Source: an uncultured delta proteobacterium
Lineage (GTDB): Bacteria; Myxococcota; Myxococcia; Myxococcales; Anaeromyxobacteraceae
Assembly: GCA_963828255.1 (NCBI GenBank)
Contig: CAWHDZ010000007.1
Location: forward strand, 208,034 to 272,033
Length of the DNA: 64,000 bases
Direction: 5' to 3'
Part shown: piece by piece, positions 49,632-60,265 of the stretch
How positions within the stretch are numbered: the stretch's first letter is position 1
Layout: every line of letters begins with the position of its first letter
Program-made: the position numbers and the translations under genes
The notes under the pieces: model-generated
What the model saw: only the letters and a program-made list of their open reading frames with translations
Database searches by the model: none
Told to the model about the DNA's origin: nothing

Positions 49632-51575
49632 ATGAGAAGGGTCGCTTCCTTCCCTTTGCTCTCGTTGCTTCTGATGTCCCTTCTGTCCTCCTGTGGGGAA
49701 TCCACGACCCCTGGCGCGGCGCCGACGGTGACGACGCTCACGACGACGGGGGTCGGGACGACCGGCGCAACGCTCAACGGGAGCGTGAATCCGAACGGCC
49801 TGGCGACCGACGCATGGTTCGAGTGGGGAACCAGTTCGAGCCTGGCCAACTTCGACACGACATCCATCCAGGCGCTGGGGGCCGGGACGAGTTCCCAGCC
49901 AGTGATGGCGACCCTGTCGGGATTGAGTTCCGCGACGACCTACTACTACCGGGTGGCTGCCGCCAACTCGACGGGACCGGCGAAGGGTTCGATCGAGAGC
50001 TTCACCACCGCGTCTTCTCTCTCCTTCGGAGTCGTTTCCACGACTCCGGCGAACAATGCGACGGACGTCCCGCTGGGCAACCCCATCACGGTCACCTTCA
50101 ACCAGGACGTGGAACCCGCCACCCTGGTGGACGCGATCGCCGTGAGCAGCGCCACCGGGAACCTTCCGGGAGTGATCTCGTACAACTCCACGACGAGGAC
50201 GGCCACGTTCGCGCCCGGCAATCCGTTCGCTCCGCTCACCGACTACACCGTGACGGTTGACGCAAAGGTGAAGTCGGTCACCACCGAAAGATTGCCCGCA
50301 CCGTACGTATTCGTCTTCAGGAGTTGCGCCAGCAGTCCCAACTCGACACCCATCACCACATCCGTCGACGCCACGTCCATCGACGGAACCGGCGCCACCC
50401 TGAATGGCACGGTGAATCCCAACGGCCTTGCCACCCAGGCCTGGTTTGAATACGGCACGGATCCGGGGCTTCAGGTACATGCAAGCACACCCAACCAGGA
50501 CGTCGGGAATGGATTGATCGCCCAGCCGGTGAGCACGACCTTGAGCGCCCTGTCACCGGGAACGACCTACTACTTCCGGGCTTGTGCGGAGAACGGTGCG
50601 GGCTACTCGGCCGGCCAGATCCTGAATTTCACCACGGCGTCTTCGGGCAGTCCTCCTGCGGTCACGACGGTCGCGGCGACGTCGGTCGAGGCGACCGGAG
50701 CAACGTTGAACGGGAGCGTGATCCCGAATGGTCTGGCGACCGACGCATGGTTCGAATGGGGAACGGACTCGAGTCTCGCCACCTACGGCACGACGGGAGC
50801 CCAGGCGGTCGGATCGGGGTCCACATCTCAAACGGTCAATCAGGCCCTGACCGGCCTCACCACCGGGACCCTCTACTACTACCGGGTCGCGGCAAGCAAT
50901 GGAGCGGGCACGAGCAAGGGCGCCATCCTGAATTTCCGCCCTGGCGCGGCGCCGACGGTGGCGACGCTCACGACGACGGGGGTCGGGACGACCGGTGCCA
51001 CGCTCAACGGGAGCGTGAACCCGAACGGTCTGGCGACCGACGCATGGTTCGAGTGGGGAACCAGTCCGGGCCTGGCCACCTTCGGCACGACGTCCATCCA
51101 GGCGCTCGGGGCGGGGACCAGTTCACAGCCGGTGATGGCGACCCTGTCGGGATTGAGTTCCGCGACGACCTACTACTACCGGGTGGCTGCCGCCAACCCG
51201 ACGGGACCGGTCAAGGGGTCGATCGAGAGCTTCACCACCGCATCTGTCCTCGTCTTCGGGGTCGTTTCCACGAGTCCGGCGAACAATGCGACCGACGTCC
51301 CGCTGGGCAGTCCCATCACGGTCACCTTCAGCCAGGACGTGGAACCCGCCACCCTGGTGGGCGCGATCACCGTGAGCAGCGCCGCCGGGAATCTTCCGGG
51401 AGTGACCTCGTACAACTCCACGACGAAGACCGCAATCTTCACACCCGGCACTCCATTTGCCCTGCTCACCGACTACACCGTGACGGTTGCCGCAAAGGTG
51501 AAGTCGGTCACCACCGCAAGATTGTCCGCACCGTACATCTTCACCTTCAAGAGCGGCGCCGGGTCCGTCCGGTAG
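49632..51575 (+). CDS. surface lipoprotein with FN3-like and Big_5/Ig-like repeats
   Basis: Lipobox LSSC; four ATLNG.V.PNG...WFE.G...YYRV/A units and two VVST.PANNATDVP units; alternative in-frame start at 49614. Confidence 0.85.
   Translation: MRRVASFPLLSLLLMSLLSSCGESTTPGAAPTVTTLTTTGVGTTGATLNGSVNPNGLATDAWFEWGTSSSLANFDTTSIQALGAGTSSQPVMATLSGLSSATTYYYRVAAANSTGPAKGSIESFTTASSLSFGVVSTTPANNATDVPLGNPITVTFNQDVEPATLVDAIAVSSATGNLPGVISYNSTTRTATFAPGNPFAPLTDYTVTVDAKVKSVTTERLPAPYVFVFRSCASSPNSTPITTSVDATSIDGTGATLNGTVNPNGLATQAWFEYGTDPGLQVHASTPNQDVGNGLIAQPVSTTLSALSPGTTYYFRACAENGAGYSAGQILNFTTASSGSPPAVTTVAATSVEATGATLNGSVIPNGLATDAWFEWGTDSSLATYGTTGAQAVGSGSTSQTVNQALTGLTTGTLYYYRVAASNGAGTSKGAILNFRPGAAPTVATLTTTGVGTTGATLNGSVNPNGLATDAWFEWGTSPGLATFGTTSIQALGAGTSSQPVMATLSGLSSATTYYYRVAAANPTGPVKGSIESFTTASVLVFGVVSTSPANNATDVPLGSPITVTFSQDVEPATLVGAITVSSAAGNLPGVTSYNSTTKTAIFTPGTPFALLTDYTVTVAAKVKSVTTARLSAPYIFTFKSGAGSVR
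49709..51550 (+). repeat. intragenic ~610-bp duplication (49709-50320 vs 50939-51550)
   Basis: Offset 1230 bp, high nucleotide identity. Confidence 0.85.
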
Positions 51576-51993
51576 GCAGGGGCCTGAATCGGCATCCGAA
51601 GCTGCCCGGGCACGACATCGCCCGGGCGGCGCCCAGCCGAGCCGGAAGGGGTACCCACACCCGGACCGTGCGCCTCTACTGCCCGCGGGAGGAGAACAAG
51701 GCGCGCATCGCCTGCTGCAACCAAAAACTGGGGAGGCCGGCTGGTCCGGCGTGTACCTCTCCGAGGTGCCCTGGCCATCGAGGAGGGACAGTCGTCTCCT
51801 CGTTGCAGGTGCCCGGTGGACCCGTCACGGGATCTGCCGGGTGCACCCCGGGTGGAGTCAGGCGCATGGGTCAGGGCATCCGGGTGCGACAGGATGCCGC
51901 GACCACCGAGGGGGTCTGGCGCGCACCCGGGGTGGGCTCAAGGTGTTGATACGGGCGGAAGCTCGACGTTCACGTCAGCACGGAGGTGTTCCC

Positions 51994-52620
51994 ATGAAGA
52001 CCGCAAGATTGGGGCTGCTGGTCGCAGCGAGCATGGTGGTCGGGATGGCCACTCGCGGAACCGCCCAGGACAGGACGCAGGATCGGGACCAGACCCAGTT
52101 GAAGGACCCCACGGCGCACACCGGTGTCCCGGGAACCGGGGATCAGGACCGGACCCGCGATCGAGACCGGCTCAAGGATATCCTCAAGGTCGACGGAAAA
52201 CTGTCGGATGCGGAGGTGGCATCCGTGAGCGGGGACCTCGACGGGTACCTGAAGCGCGGCGGCCACCAGGAGCAGTTCCGCGCCATGGTCCAGAGCTCCG
52301 TCGGGGAGGGCTGCGGCGGAATCTGCCTGTGCGAGGCGGTCCGGTCGATGAACCAGTTCATGGCGCAGGGTCAGTCGGACGGCCAGGCGGGAAAGGCCCT
52401 CGGGACCATCCAGCGCGAGCAGAGGCAGCAGCGCGAGCAGAAGAAGCTGGCGCTCACCGACCAGCAGAAGCAGGAGCAGTTGCGCCAGCGCACGATGGAG
52501 CGCACCCGCGAGCAGGCCCACGAGCGGACCCGCGACCAGGCCGGCGGGGCAGCCGGTGGCGGGGCCGGACAGCCGGGCGGCCCAGGGTCGCCCGGAGGCG
52601 GCAAGCAGGGCGGGAAGTGA
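51994..52620 (+). CDS. exported Gln/Arg/Asp-rich protein
   Basis: ATG at 51994 after GGAGG; signal peptide; QDRTRDRDRL repeats; CGGICLC. Confidence 0.75.
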   Translation: MKTARLGLLVAASMVVGMATRGTAQDRTQDRDQTQLKDPTAHTGVPGTGDQDRTRDRDRLKDILKVDGKLSDAEVASVSGDLDGYLKRGGHQEQFRAMVQSSVGEGCGGICLCEAVRSMNQFMAQGQSDGQAGKALGTIQREQRQQREQKKLALTDQQKQEQLRQRTMERTREQAHERTRDQAGGAAGGGAGQPGGPGSPGGGKQGGK

Positions 52621-52644
52621 CCTGGCCGGGCCAGGAGGAGCGCC

Positions 52645-53556
52645 ATGGGACCCGGGTTCTGCCTTGCCCTGCTCCTCCTCGCGCCGGATGACGCCCGTGT
52701 CGCGCTGGAGGGACAGGTGGGCGCCGGGGGCGGATACGAGGGCAACCTGACCCTCGCCCCCTTGGGCCAGCCCACGTCCGGGTCGGCGCTCGCAGCGGCC
52801 TGGGCCGGCCTCGGGGTCGGATGGGATCCAGGCGAGACGACCCATCTCTCCGCCGGGCTCCGGTACGACGGGGCCTACTACCCCGGCGCCACGGACCTCA
52901 GCCGGAACGCCGCCGGGGCCGACCTGCTCTGGATCCAGGGGATCGGCGAGGTCGTGGCAGTCATCGCCGCGGCCGGAGGAGCCTGGTCCTGGTATTCGGA
53001 CCCGGTGCGGAGCGGCCCCGGTATCGCGCTCCGGGTGACACTTCGGGTGAAGCCCTGGGACTGGCTGGCGGTGCGGGCCGGATACGTCTACACGCAACGC
53101 TGGGCGGAAGACGACGCCTACTCGACCAGTTCCAACCGGATCGGCGGAAGCCTGGAGTGGCGCATCGCGACCGGGATCTACCTCGGCCTTGGCTATGCCT
53201 GGCAGACCGGCGAGCAGACCTTCTACGCCTCGGTGCCGCTCACCACTCCGGTGGCCGCGCTTCGGACCGAGACCCGGCCAGCGACGGGCTCCGGCCCAGG
53301 CACGGGTTCGGGTCCGGGAAGCGGACCCGGCACGGGTTCGGGAGGCAGCGGCGGAACGCCCCAGGGATCCGGCGTCTTCGAGAACCTGGTTCCGTACCGG
53401 GCGAGCACGACCGACAGCACCGTCACGCCGGCGCTCGAGGTGGCCATCTGGGAGGGTCTCTACCTGTTTGCAAGTTACTCCTACACATGGGGCTCTAGCG
53501 TGGAGGGAAGCTACACGGCCCAGTTCGGGCTTGCTGGCGCCGGGTATCGCTTCTGA
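52645..53556 (+). CDS. outer-membrane beta-barrel protein with a Gly/Ser/Pro loop
   Basis: Amphipathic aromatic strands, C-terminal AGYRF, GSGPGT repeats at ~53281-53370. Confidence 0.75.
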   Translation: MGPGFCLALLLLAPDDARVALEGQVGAGGGYEGNLTLAPLGQPTSGSALAAAWAGLGVGWDPGETTHLSAGLRYDGAYYPGATDLSRNAAGADLLWIQGIGEVVAVIAAAGGAWSWYSDPVRSGPGIALRVTLRVKPWDWLAVRAGYVYTQRWAEDDAYSTSSNRIGGSLEWRIATGIYLGLGYAWQTGEQTFYASVPLTTPVAALRTETRPATGSGPGTGSGPGSGPGTGSGGSGGTPQGSGVFENLVPYRASTTDSTVTPALEVAIWEGLYLFASYSYTWGSSVEGSYTAQFGLAGAGYRF

Positions 53557-53576
53557 CCGGGAGATCCGGCGCCAGG

Positions 53577-55578
53577 TCACGGGCGACGCAGGATGGTACC
53601 GGTCTCCCCCAGCGCTCGGACGGATACGGCCGGACTGCCCCAGACGCCGAGAAGGTCGTTCGTGGTACCGCTCGGCGAGAAGGACCAGTCCGCCCCGTTC
53701 CAGTGCAGGATGGTCCCGGACGCTCCGACCGCCCATACGTCGGTCGCCGACCTGCCCCAGACCCCCTCCAGCCAGAGCCGGGTGCCGCTCGCAATCGACG
53801 ACCACGAGGTCCCGTTCCACCGCAGGATGGTCCCGTCCCCGCCCACGGCCCAGACCTCGGTCATGGAACTGCCCCACACCCCGGTGAGCAGGCTGGGCGT
53901 CCCGCTCGGGACGGACGACCACAGGTTCCCGTTCCATCGCAGGATGGTCCCGTTGCCGCCCACCGCCCAGACGTCTGCCGCTGCGCTGCCCCAGATGGCA
54001 TAGAGGCGGCGGGTCACGGTGCTCGGGACCGGCGACCACATGCTCCCGTTCCACCGCAGGATGGTGCCGCGGTCGCCGACGGCCCAGGCCTCGGTCGCCG
54101 AGTTCCCCCAGACGCCCAGCAAGTCATCGCCCGTTCCGCTCGGCACCGTCGCCCAGGCGGTCCCGTCCCAGTGCAGGATCGTGCCTGACGCGCCGACGAC
54201 CCACACGTCGTTTGCCGAGGCGCCCCAGGCGCCGAGGAGATCGTGACCGGTACCGCTCGGCAGGCTGGACCACGCTTCCCCGTTCCAGTGCAGGAGGGTT
54301 CCCGACAGCACCCACGACCCAGACGTCCGATTCCGAGACGCCCCAGGTGGAGCGGAGCGCCGTCGTGCGGCCCCCGGTGACGACCGACCACGCGGCCCCA
54401 CTCCACTGCAACGCCGTACCGCCGCTTCCGACGGCCAGCACGGCGGTCGTCGTGCTTCCCCAGACCGCGTGCAGGGTGTTCGCGACACCGGTCGAGACGG
54501 TCGTCCACAGGCTTCCGTCCCAGTGAATGGCGACTCCGCCGTCGCCAACGGCCCAAACGTCCGTCGCCGCGATGCCCCGGACCCCACGCAGCCGGCCGCT
54601 CGTGCCGCTCGGCACCGCCGCCCAAGCGGTGCCGTTCCAACGGATCACCGTACCGCTCGCTCCCACTGCCCACACCTCCGTCGGAGCCGGCCCCCACACT
54701 CCGAGCAGATCGCCAGGCACTCCGCTCGAGACGGACATCCAGGCGCTGCCGTCCCAGTGGACGGCGACGCCGCCGTCGCCCACGGCCCATGCGTCCGTGG
54801 CCGAGGTACCCCATACCGCGCGGAGACCGCCGTTCGTGCCACTCGACACCGACGACCAGTTGGCGCCGTTCCAATGAACCACATGACCGTCGAGGCCCAC
54901 CGCCCAGATGTCGGACGGGGAGCTCCCCCACACACCTTGCAGCCATCCCGTTGTGGGACTCGGCACGGAGGACCAGGCACTTCCGTTCCATTGCAGGATC
55001 AGCCCCGCGGCGCCCACGGCCCATGCGTTCGAGGGCGAAGAGCCCCAGATTCCGTAGAGGGCGGCGGTCGTCCCGCTCGGCACGGCCGACCACGCCGACC
55101 CGTCCCAGTGCAGGATGGTCCCGGCGTCCCCTACCGCCCACGCGTCCGTCGAGGAGGTCCCCCAGATTGCGTTCACTGGATTTCCCTGGGGCTGGGGAAG
55201 CTCCCAGCGCCAGCTTCCCCCCGCCGAGCCAGCTGTGCTGGCGGTGAAGTCCTGCCCCGGGATGCTGGCGCCTGCGATCGTCACCGAGCGGCTGGCCGGG
55301 GCGAAGGTGTGGCCGGAGAAGCCAGGGGTGATGGTGTAGTTCCCGCTGGCGAGCCCGAAGAAGGAGTAGGTTCCGGTCGCGCTGGTGGTCGTCGTGGCGG
55401 ACGCTGCTCCCGAGAGCGCCACGGTGACTCCCGAGGCGACATCCCCCGAGACCGTGCCGGAGACAACATAGGTCTGGACTGGAGCGACTCCTCCTCCGCC
55501 GACCCCGCTGCTGCAACCGACTGCCACCAGCCCCACCGCCACGGTCACCCACGCGCGTCCACGCGCAATCGTCACCAT
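53577..55578 (-). CDS. lipoprotein: prealbumin/Ig-like domain plus VWGS..DVWAVG beta-propeller repeats; +1 frameshift near 54307
   Basis: ATG at 55578, lipobox AVGC; 39-aa repeats continue from ORF 54124..55683 into ORF 53577..54587. Confidence 0.8.
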
Positions 55579-55952
55579 GGCTCCCCCTTGAGGTCCGTCG
55601 GTCGCGGGCGTGACGAGGTGTCGGCGTGGGCGGGTCGCGAGCCCGGATGTGCAGGATGTCCGCACTCCGGCCCTCGTCGTCAACGACCCACACGTGGCCA
55701 GTCCGGCCCGCGGCCGGGGTACGGCGCGAAGGCGACCCCAAACGAGGGATGAAAGCTCGCCCGCTGGAAGCCGAGGTCTTGACCCGGGTCATCTCGTGAC
55801 CCGGATGATGAGTCCCTTCCAATAATTCCTCGATCGCACTGACCCCAAATCGTGGGAGTTGCCGTACCGGATCCCGAACCTAAAGTGGACCCCGAAATTG
55901 AATGAAGCCGGCGGCCATTTCGGCGGTCTGTGAATCCCGGGGGGGAACCCAG

Positions 55953-57854
55953 ATGACGACGCGTGGATCGAAGCGGGCACTCGTGCCCTATCTCGTGGTG
56001 TGTGCGGTGGCCGTCGCGGCGTGCGGCGGACAGGTGGACGAGGAAGGCCAGGGCGTCTCGCCCGCGGTCTCGGCGCTGCGTGCGGAAGAGGTCCTTCCGG
56101 GTCGGTTCGCGTGGGAGACCGTCGCCAACAACGCCACGGTGATTCCGGACGCTGGGGGAAAGAAGTTCAGCTCCTACAACCAGCCCTCCGTGAACGGCAA
56201 GGGGCTCGTGGTCTTCCGCGCCCGCAGCAAGGGATCGGAGGGGGGCAGCGGCGAGACCATGACGCTCGCGGCGGCAGCCGACGCGGGGCCGGTGCGCGGG
56301 ATCTTCACCCGCGACATGGCGACCCGGCTGGCGCCGGGAGCCATCGCCACCCTGGTTCGGACCGGCGACGAGGTACCCCAGCCGAACAACATCACGAATC
56401 CGGGTCCATCACCCTTCAACGAGTTTCCCTCCATCCCCCGCATCGACCTCATGACGCAGACCATCGCCACGCGTGGCCAGTCGCGACCGGTCTACGAGTT
56501 CGTCATCGACGCGATCGGAAGCACCAGCAGGATCGGAACCTCGGGCGTGTACGCGAACCCGGGCGGGGGGCCACTGTTCACCGGTGCGAGCCTCGTCGGC
56601 GCGGCTACCGACTTCGCCACGGGCGCGCTCCTCTTCCCGCAGTTCCAGGTGCCGGGCGCCGCGCCGGGCACGCGCTTCGACCAGTTCCCGGGGGCACCCG
56701 GCGTCGCCGGCGCGATCCCGGGCGTGGCCGGATCCACCGCCATCGTGTTCAAGGGCAACTGGACCGACCTCACCGATCGGGCGAATCCGGTGGGGAGGAC
56801 CGGCGTGTACTTCCGCGATGTGAGGGCGGCGGACTCGGGGGGGGTGAGCCCCATCGTCCGGATCGCCGACAGTTTCACCAGGAAGATCCCGGGGCACGAC
56901 ACGGTCTTCGGTTCCACCGCGCCTCCCAGCGGCGCGAAGGGCTACATGGTGTTCGTGGGCTTCGACAATGAGCAGAACCCCACGAAGGGCGGCGTCTACC
57001 GCGCCCCGCTGGTCTCGGACCCGCATCTTCAGGTGCTCGTGAAGATCGGTGACAGGGTGAAGGACTTCAAGGGCAACAACATCTACGCTCCTGGAACCCG
57101 TACCCCCTACACGTTCACCCGCTTCGGCGAAGGGCTCTCCTTCGACGGCAGGTACGTGGCCTTCTGGGCCGCATGGGGCCCGGAGACCCGCACGATCGAG
57201 CTCACCTGCCCTGCGGACGGCAACAAGGCGGTGATCCAGTACTGCATGGAGCACAGCCTCCTCGTCGACGGGCTCTACACGGGCAAGTATCTCGAGACCG
57301 TACCGGTGAACCAGGGCCTCTTCGTCTACGACACGGCGGAGCGAAAGATCGCCATGGCCGCGCGGACCGGCGCCTACTTCAAGGACTTCCTCTTCTGGAA
57401 TTACTCCGGTCGCCCGCCCGGCACCGGCGAGGGGGGCGACGAGGGCGGCGAGGACACGCTCGAGCCGCCGCGCTGGCGCTCCAACGCCTTCTCGGCCGTG
57501 AACGCGCCACAGTCGAACGAGACCTGCTACCGGCTCGCATTCAAGGCGGTCCGGCCCGATGGCGCCGTGGGCATCTACATGGCCGCCGGTCCGGAGACGA
57601 GGGAGTCGGCCTTCAAGGTGGTGGTGGATACCAGGACGTCGGCGTGGGACCTCGACCCGGGAGCTCCGCCCGCGGACGCCGCGGGGGCGACCGCGCTCAT
57701 GGTCACCTCGATGGGAATCGAGCGAGACTCCTTCCGCGGCGACGGACGAGAGGACGGGAGGAGCTTCCTGACCATCAACGTCAGCATGGCAAACGCCGAT
57801 GCTTCCGTGACCTGGGCGGGCATCTACGTCGCCCGGATGTCGAACGACGACTGA
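55953..57854 (+). CDS. hypothetical lipoprotein, probably beta-rich
   Basis: ATG at 55953, lipobox VAAC; FSSYNQPSVN, FNEFPSIPRID, FGSTAPPS; coding-like GC3. Confidence 0.8.
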   Translation: MTTRGSKRALVPYLVVCAVAVAACGGQVDEEGQGVSPAVSALRAEEVLPGRFAWETVANNATVIPDAGGKKFSSYNQPSVNGKGLVVFRARSKGSEGGSGETMTLAAAADAGPVRGIFTRDMATRLAPGAIATLVRTGDEVPQPNNITNPGPSPFNEFPSIPRIDLMTQTIATRGQSRPVYEFVIDAIGSTSRIGTSGVYANPGGGPLFTGASLVGAATDFATGALLFPQFQVPGAAPGTRFDQFPGAPGVAGAIPGVAGSTAIVFKGNWTDLTDRANPVGRTGVYFRDVRAADSGGVSPIVRIADSFTRKIPGHDTVFGSTAPPSGAKGYMVFVGFDNEQNPTKGGVYRAPLVSDPHLQVLVKIGDRVKDFKGNNIYAPGTRTPYTFTRFGEGLSFDGRYVAFWAAWGPETRTIELTCPADGNKAVIQYCMEHSLLVDGLYTGKYLETVPVNQGLFVYDTAERKIAMAARTGAYFKDFLFWNYSGRPPGTGEGGDEGGEDTLEPPRWRSNAFSAVNAPQSNETCYRLAFKAVRPDGAVGIYMAAGPETRESAFKVVVDTRTSAWDLDPGAPPADAAGATALMVTSMGIERDSFRGDGREDGRSFLTINVSMANADASVTWAGIYVARMSNDD

Positions 57855-57910
57855 CGCAGGCTGGGCGGCGGGGTCCTGGCGGCGCCGTGCGCCGGGACCC
57901 TCCGCCTCCG

Positions 57911-58663
57911 TCAGAGCGTGACGTCGAACCCGAACGCGAGGAAGTTCACGAGCGCGAAGTTGTAGACGCTGGAGTTGTCCCCCCCGCCCTCGAGGATGCG
58001 GTAGCCGACGCGGCCGCTGACGGCATCGCCGAAGCGGTAGCGAACCCCGAGGAACACGTCCTCGGCGCGCCCCTGGGGGACCGCGAGCGCGTCCCCGTCG
58101 AGGAGGATCGCCCAGGGTCCGGCGAACGTCCAGGCCACCTTGAAGCTCAACAGGGGCACGACCCCGACGTTGTCCTTCACCTGGTGGAGGCCGCCGCCGG
58201 TGAGGGAGATCGACGCCACCCGGACCAGGGCGGTCGCGCCGACGGCGACCTGCCAGCTCTCGTTGTCGACGACGTAGTAGCGGTACGTCAGCCGGTAGGT
58301 ATCGAAGGTCCAGTTCGCGTCGAGGAACGTGTTCGCCGGGAACATGGCGTCCACGAAGAGGACGTCGTACGGGACCGTGCCCGTGGCGCGAATCGTCACG
58401 GGGCCGAAGAAGGCGAAGATCTCGTGGCGGCCGATGCGGACACCCGCGCGCGCCCGGAAGTACGGGATGGCCGGGGCCTTGAGCTGCTGCGTCAGCGAGA
58501 AGCTCGTCCCGCCGTCCCCGGGGATGCGGACGTCGTTGTAGCCGGGGAAGGCCGGGCCGGCCTCGAAGTCCACGAACGGCCGGACCTCGATCCCCAGTGC
58601 GCGGTCCGGTACGAGGACCCCGAGGAAAAGCAGCACCGCCAGCAATCCGGCTCGACGCATCAT
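57911..58663 (-). CDS. outer-membrane beta-barrel protein
   Basis: Signal peptide; YNDVRIPG, YRLTYRY, GYRILEGG, C-terminal FGFDVTL. Confidence 0.78.
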   Translation of the reverse strand: MMRRAGLLAVLLFLGVLVPDRALGIEVRPFVDFEAGPAFPGYNDVRIPGDGGTSFSLTQQLKAPAIPYFRARAGVRIGRHEIFAFFGPVTIRATGTVPYDVLFVDAMFPANTFLDANWTFDTYRLTYRYYVVDNESWQVAVGATALVRVASISLTGGGLHQVKDNVGVVPLLSFKVAWTFAGPWAILLDGDALAVPQGRAEDVFLGVRYRFGDAVSGRVGYRILEGGGDNSSVYNFALVNFLAFGFDVTL

Positions 58664-58744
58664 GACTTCCCTCCCCGGGTTGCAACCCTAGCAGCCGGAC
58701 CTGGAGTGTCAATCGGGTCCGCCGCCTCGGCACCGATGGACGAA

Positions 58745-58776
58745 GACGGCCGCCGATCCGGAGATCGACGGCCGTC
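58745..58776 (-). terminator. stem-loop downstream of the peptidase gene
   Basis: 14-bp stem (one G-U pair on the minus strand) with a 4-nt loop; weak U-tract. Confidence 0.5.
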
Positions 58777-58802
58777 CGTGTGCCTGCGGGCGGGAGCCCT
58801 GC

Positions 58803-60263
58803 CTATTCGTCGCGGTGGTGCTTGTCCTTCTTCTCCCGCTTCTCCTTCTTGTGCTTCTTCCCCTCGTCGTCCCAGCCGATGTCCTCGAGGAGGCTCATCG
58901 TCAGGTCCTTCGGCTCGCCCACGCTGATGGGGAGGTCGGCGTTGATGGCCGGCTCCATGAGCTGGTTGGGCGTGGCGAGCGTGTCCCAGTGGGAGACGCT
59001 CGACCCCGACTCGACCGGGTTGGGCGTGTAGAGGAGGACCCGGCCGGCCGGATCGGCGCCGGCGAGGACCGTCATGTCGAGCAGCAGGGTCGCCGTGACG
59101 CCCGGCAGGGCGGCCTTGAGCGCCGCGCCGGTCGCCTGGGTGACGCGCACCGAGGGGATGGTGACGAGGGGGTCGGCGCCCCCGAGCCCGGCGGGGGGAG
59201 CCACGGGGGCGTTGTCGGCGACCACGACGGCGATGGCGCCGGCGTCCTGGGCATTCCGTACCTTCACCGTGAAGGCGCAGACGCCGCGATCGACGAGCGC
59301 GATCTTCCCGGCCAGGGAAGCGCCCGGGAGGGGTGAGCAGCCGAGCGTGGTTCCGGCCGCATCGACCACGAGCGCCACCGGGCCGCGCACGCCGGCCGCG
59401 GTGAGCGGCGGACCGAACGAGGCGGGGCCGACGGAGTACAGGCCCGCGACGCCGGCCGGAGAGGCCACCGAGAGGAACGGCGTCCCGGGCTGCAGGATCT
59501 CCTCCGCCTCGTCGTTCACCTCCTCACCCGTCCACACCACGTTGCGGGGGTTGACCGCCGACGCGACGCGCTCGGCGACGGTCATCGCCACGCGCGACTT
59601 GCCGAGCACGTTGTCGAAGTAGAACAGCGAGTACACGTCGGGCAGTCCGGCCAGGAAGGCGCCGGTGGCCGCGCTGGTGTAGCTCGCGAAGCCGAGCCCG
59701 TGGGCGAACTCGTGGAGGAGGACGACGACAAGGTTGATCTGGTTCGGGGCCTGGTTGGTGTCGAGCCCGTAGTACCAGCCCGAGCTGGCCAGGCAGGTCG
59801 GCTGGCCGATGTTGGCGTTGAAGCGGGCCCGGATGTCGTCGCCGCTGTTCCCGGTGGCGGCCGGATCGAGGTCCTCGCCGGCGATCTTGTTGGCGAGCGC
59901 CACCGGATACCAGGTGCCCGGGTACTTCGCGCCCGGGAAGTCGCTGAAGACCGTGCGGGTGCCGGCGGAGCCGAGGACGGCGGCCGTGGCGGTGCAGGAG
60001 AGAGGCTCGAAGGTGGCCTGGACGAAGATCTCCACCTTGCTGTCGAGGTGCTTCCCCCAGAAGTCGGCGGCGTACTGGAAGGCGATGAGCCGCTGCTGGC
60101 CGACGGTCGTGCCGGGGTTGGTGGGGAGCGGAGCCACCGGGGTGGGGTCGTTGAATCCGATCCCGGGCGCGTTGGCGTTCACCACCGTGATCTTGGCCCG
60201 GGCGAGCGTGGTGGCGGGAGCGGCGAGCAGGAGTCCGGCAAGGAGGGCGGGGAGGGCGCGCAT
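58803..60263 (-). CDS. secreted zinc metallopeptidase with inserted PA domain
   Basis: Signal peptide; LLHEFAHGLGF; PA domain KIALVDRGVCAFTVKVRNAQDAGA; SHWD...LMEP. Confidence 0.88.
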   Translation of the reverse strand: MRALPALLAGLLLAAPATTLARAKITVVNANAPGIGFNDPTPVAPLPTNPGTTVGQQRLIAFQYAADFWGKHLDSKVEIFVQATFEPLSCTATAAVLGSAGTRTVFSDFPGAKYPGTWYPVALANKIAGEDLDPAATGNSGDDIRARFNANIGQPTCLASSGWYYGLDTNQAPNQINLVVVLLHEFAHGLGFASYTSAATGAFLAGLPDVYSLFYFDNVLGKSRVAMTVAERVASAVNPRNVVWTGEEVNDEAEEILQPGTPFLSVASPAGVAGLYSVGPASFGPPLTAAGVRGPVALVVDAAGTTLGCSPLPGASLAGKIALVDRGVCAFTVKVRNAQDAGAIAVVVADNAPVAPPAGLGGADPLVTIPSVRVTQATGAALKAALPGVTATLLLDMTVLAGADPAGRVLLYTPNPVESGSSVSHWDTLATPNQLMEPAINADLPISVGEPKDLTMSLLEDIGWDDEGKKHKKEKREKKDKHHRDE

Positions 60264-60265
60264 GT

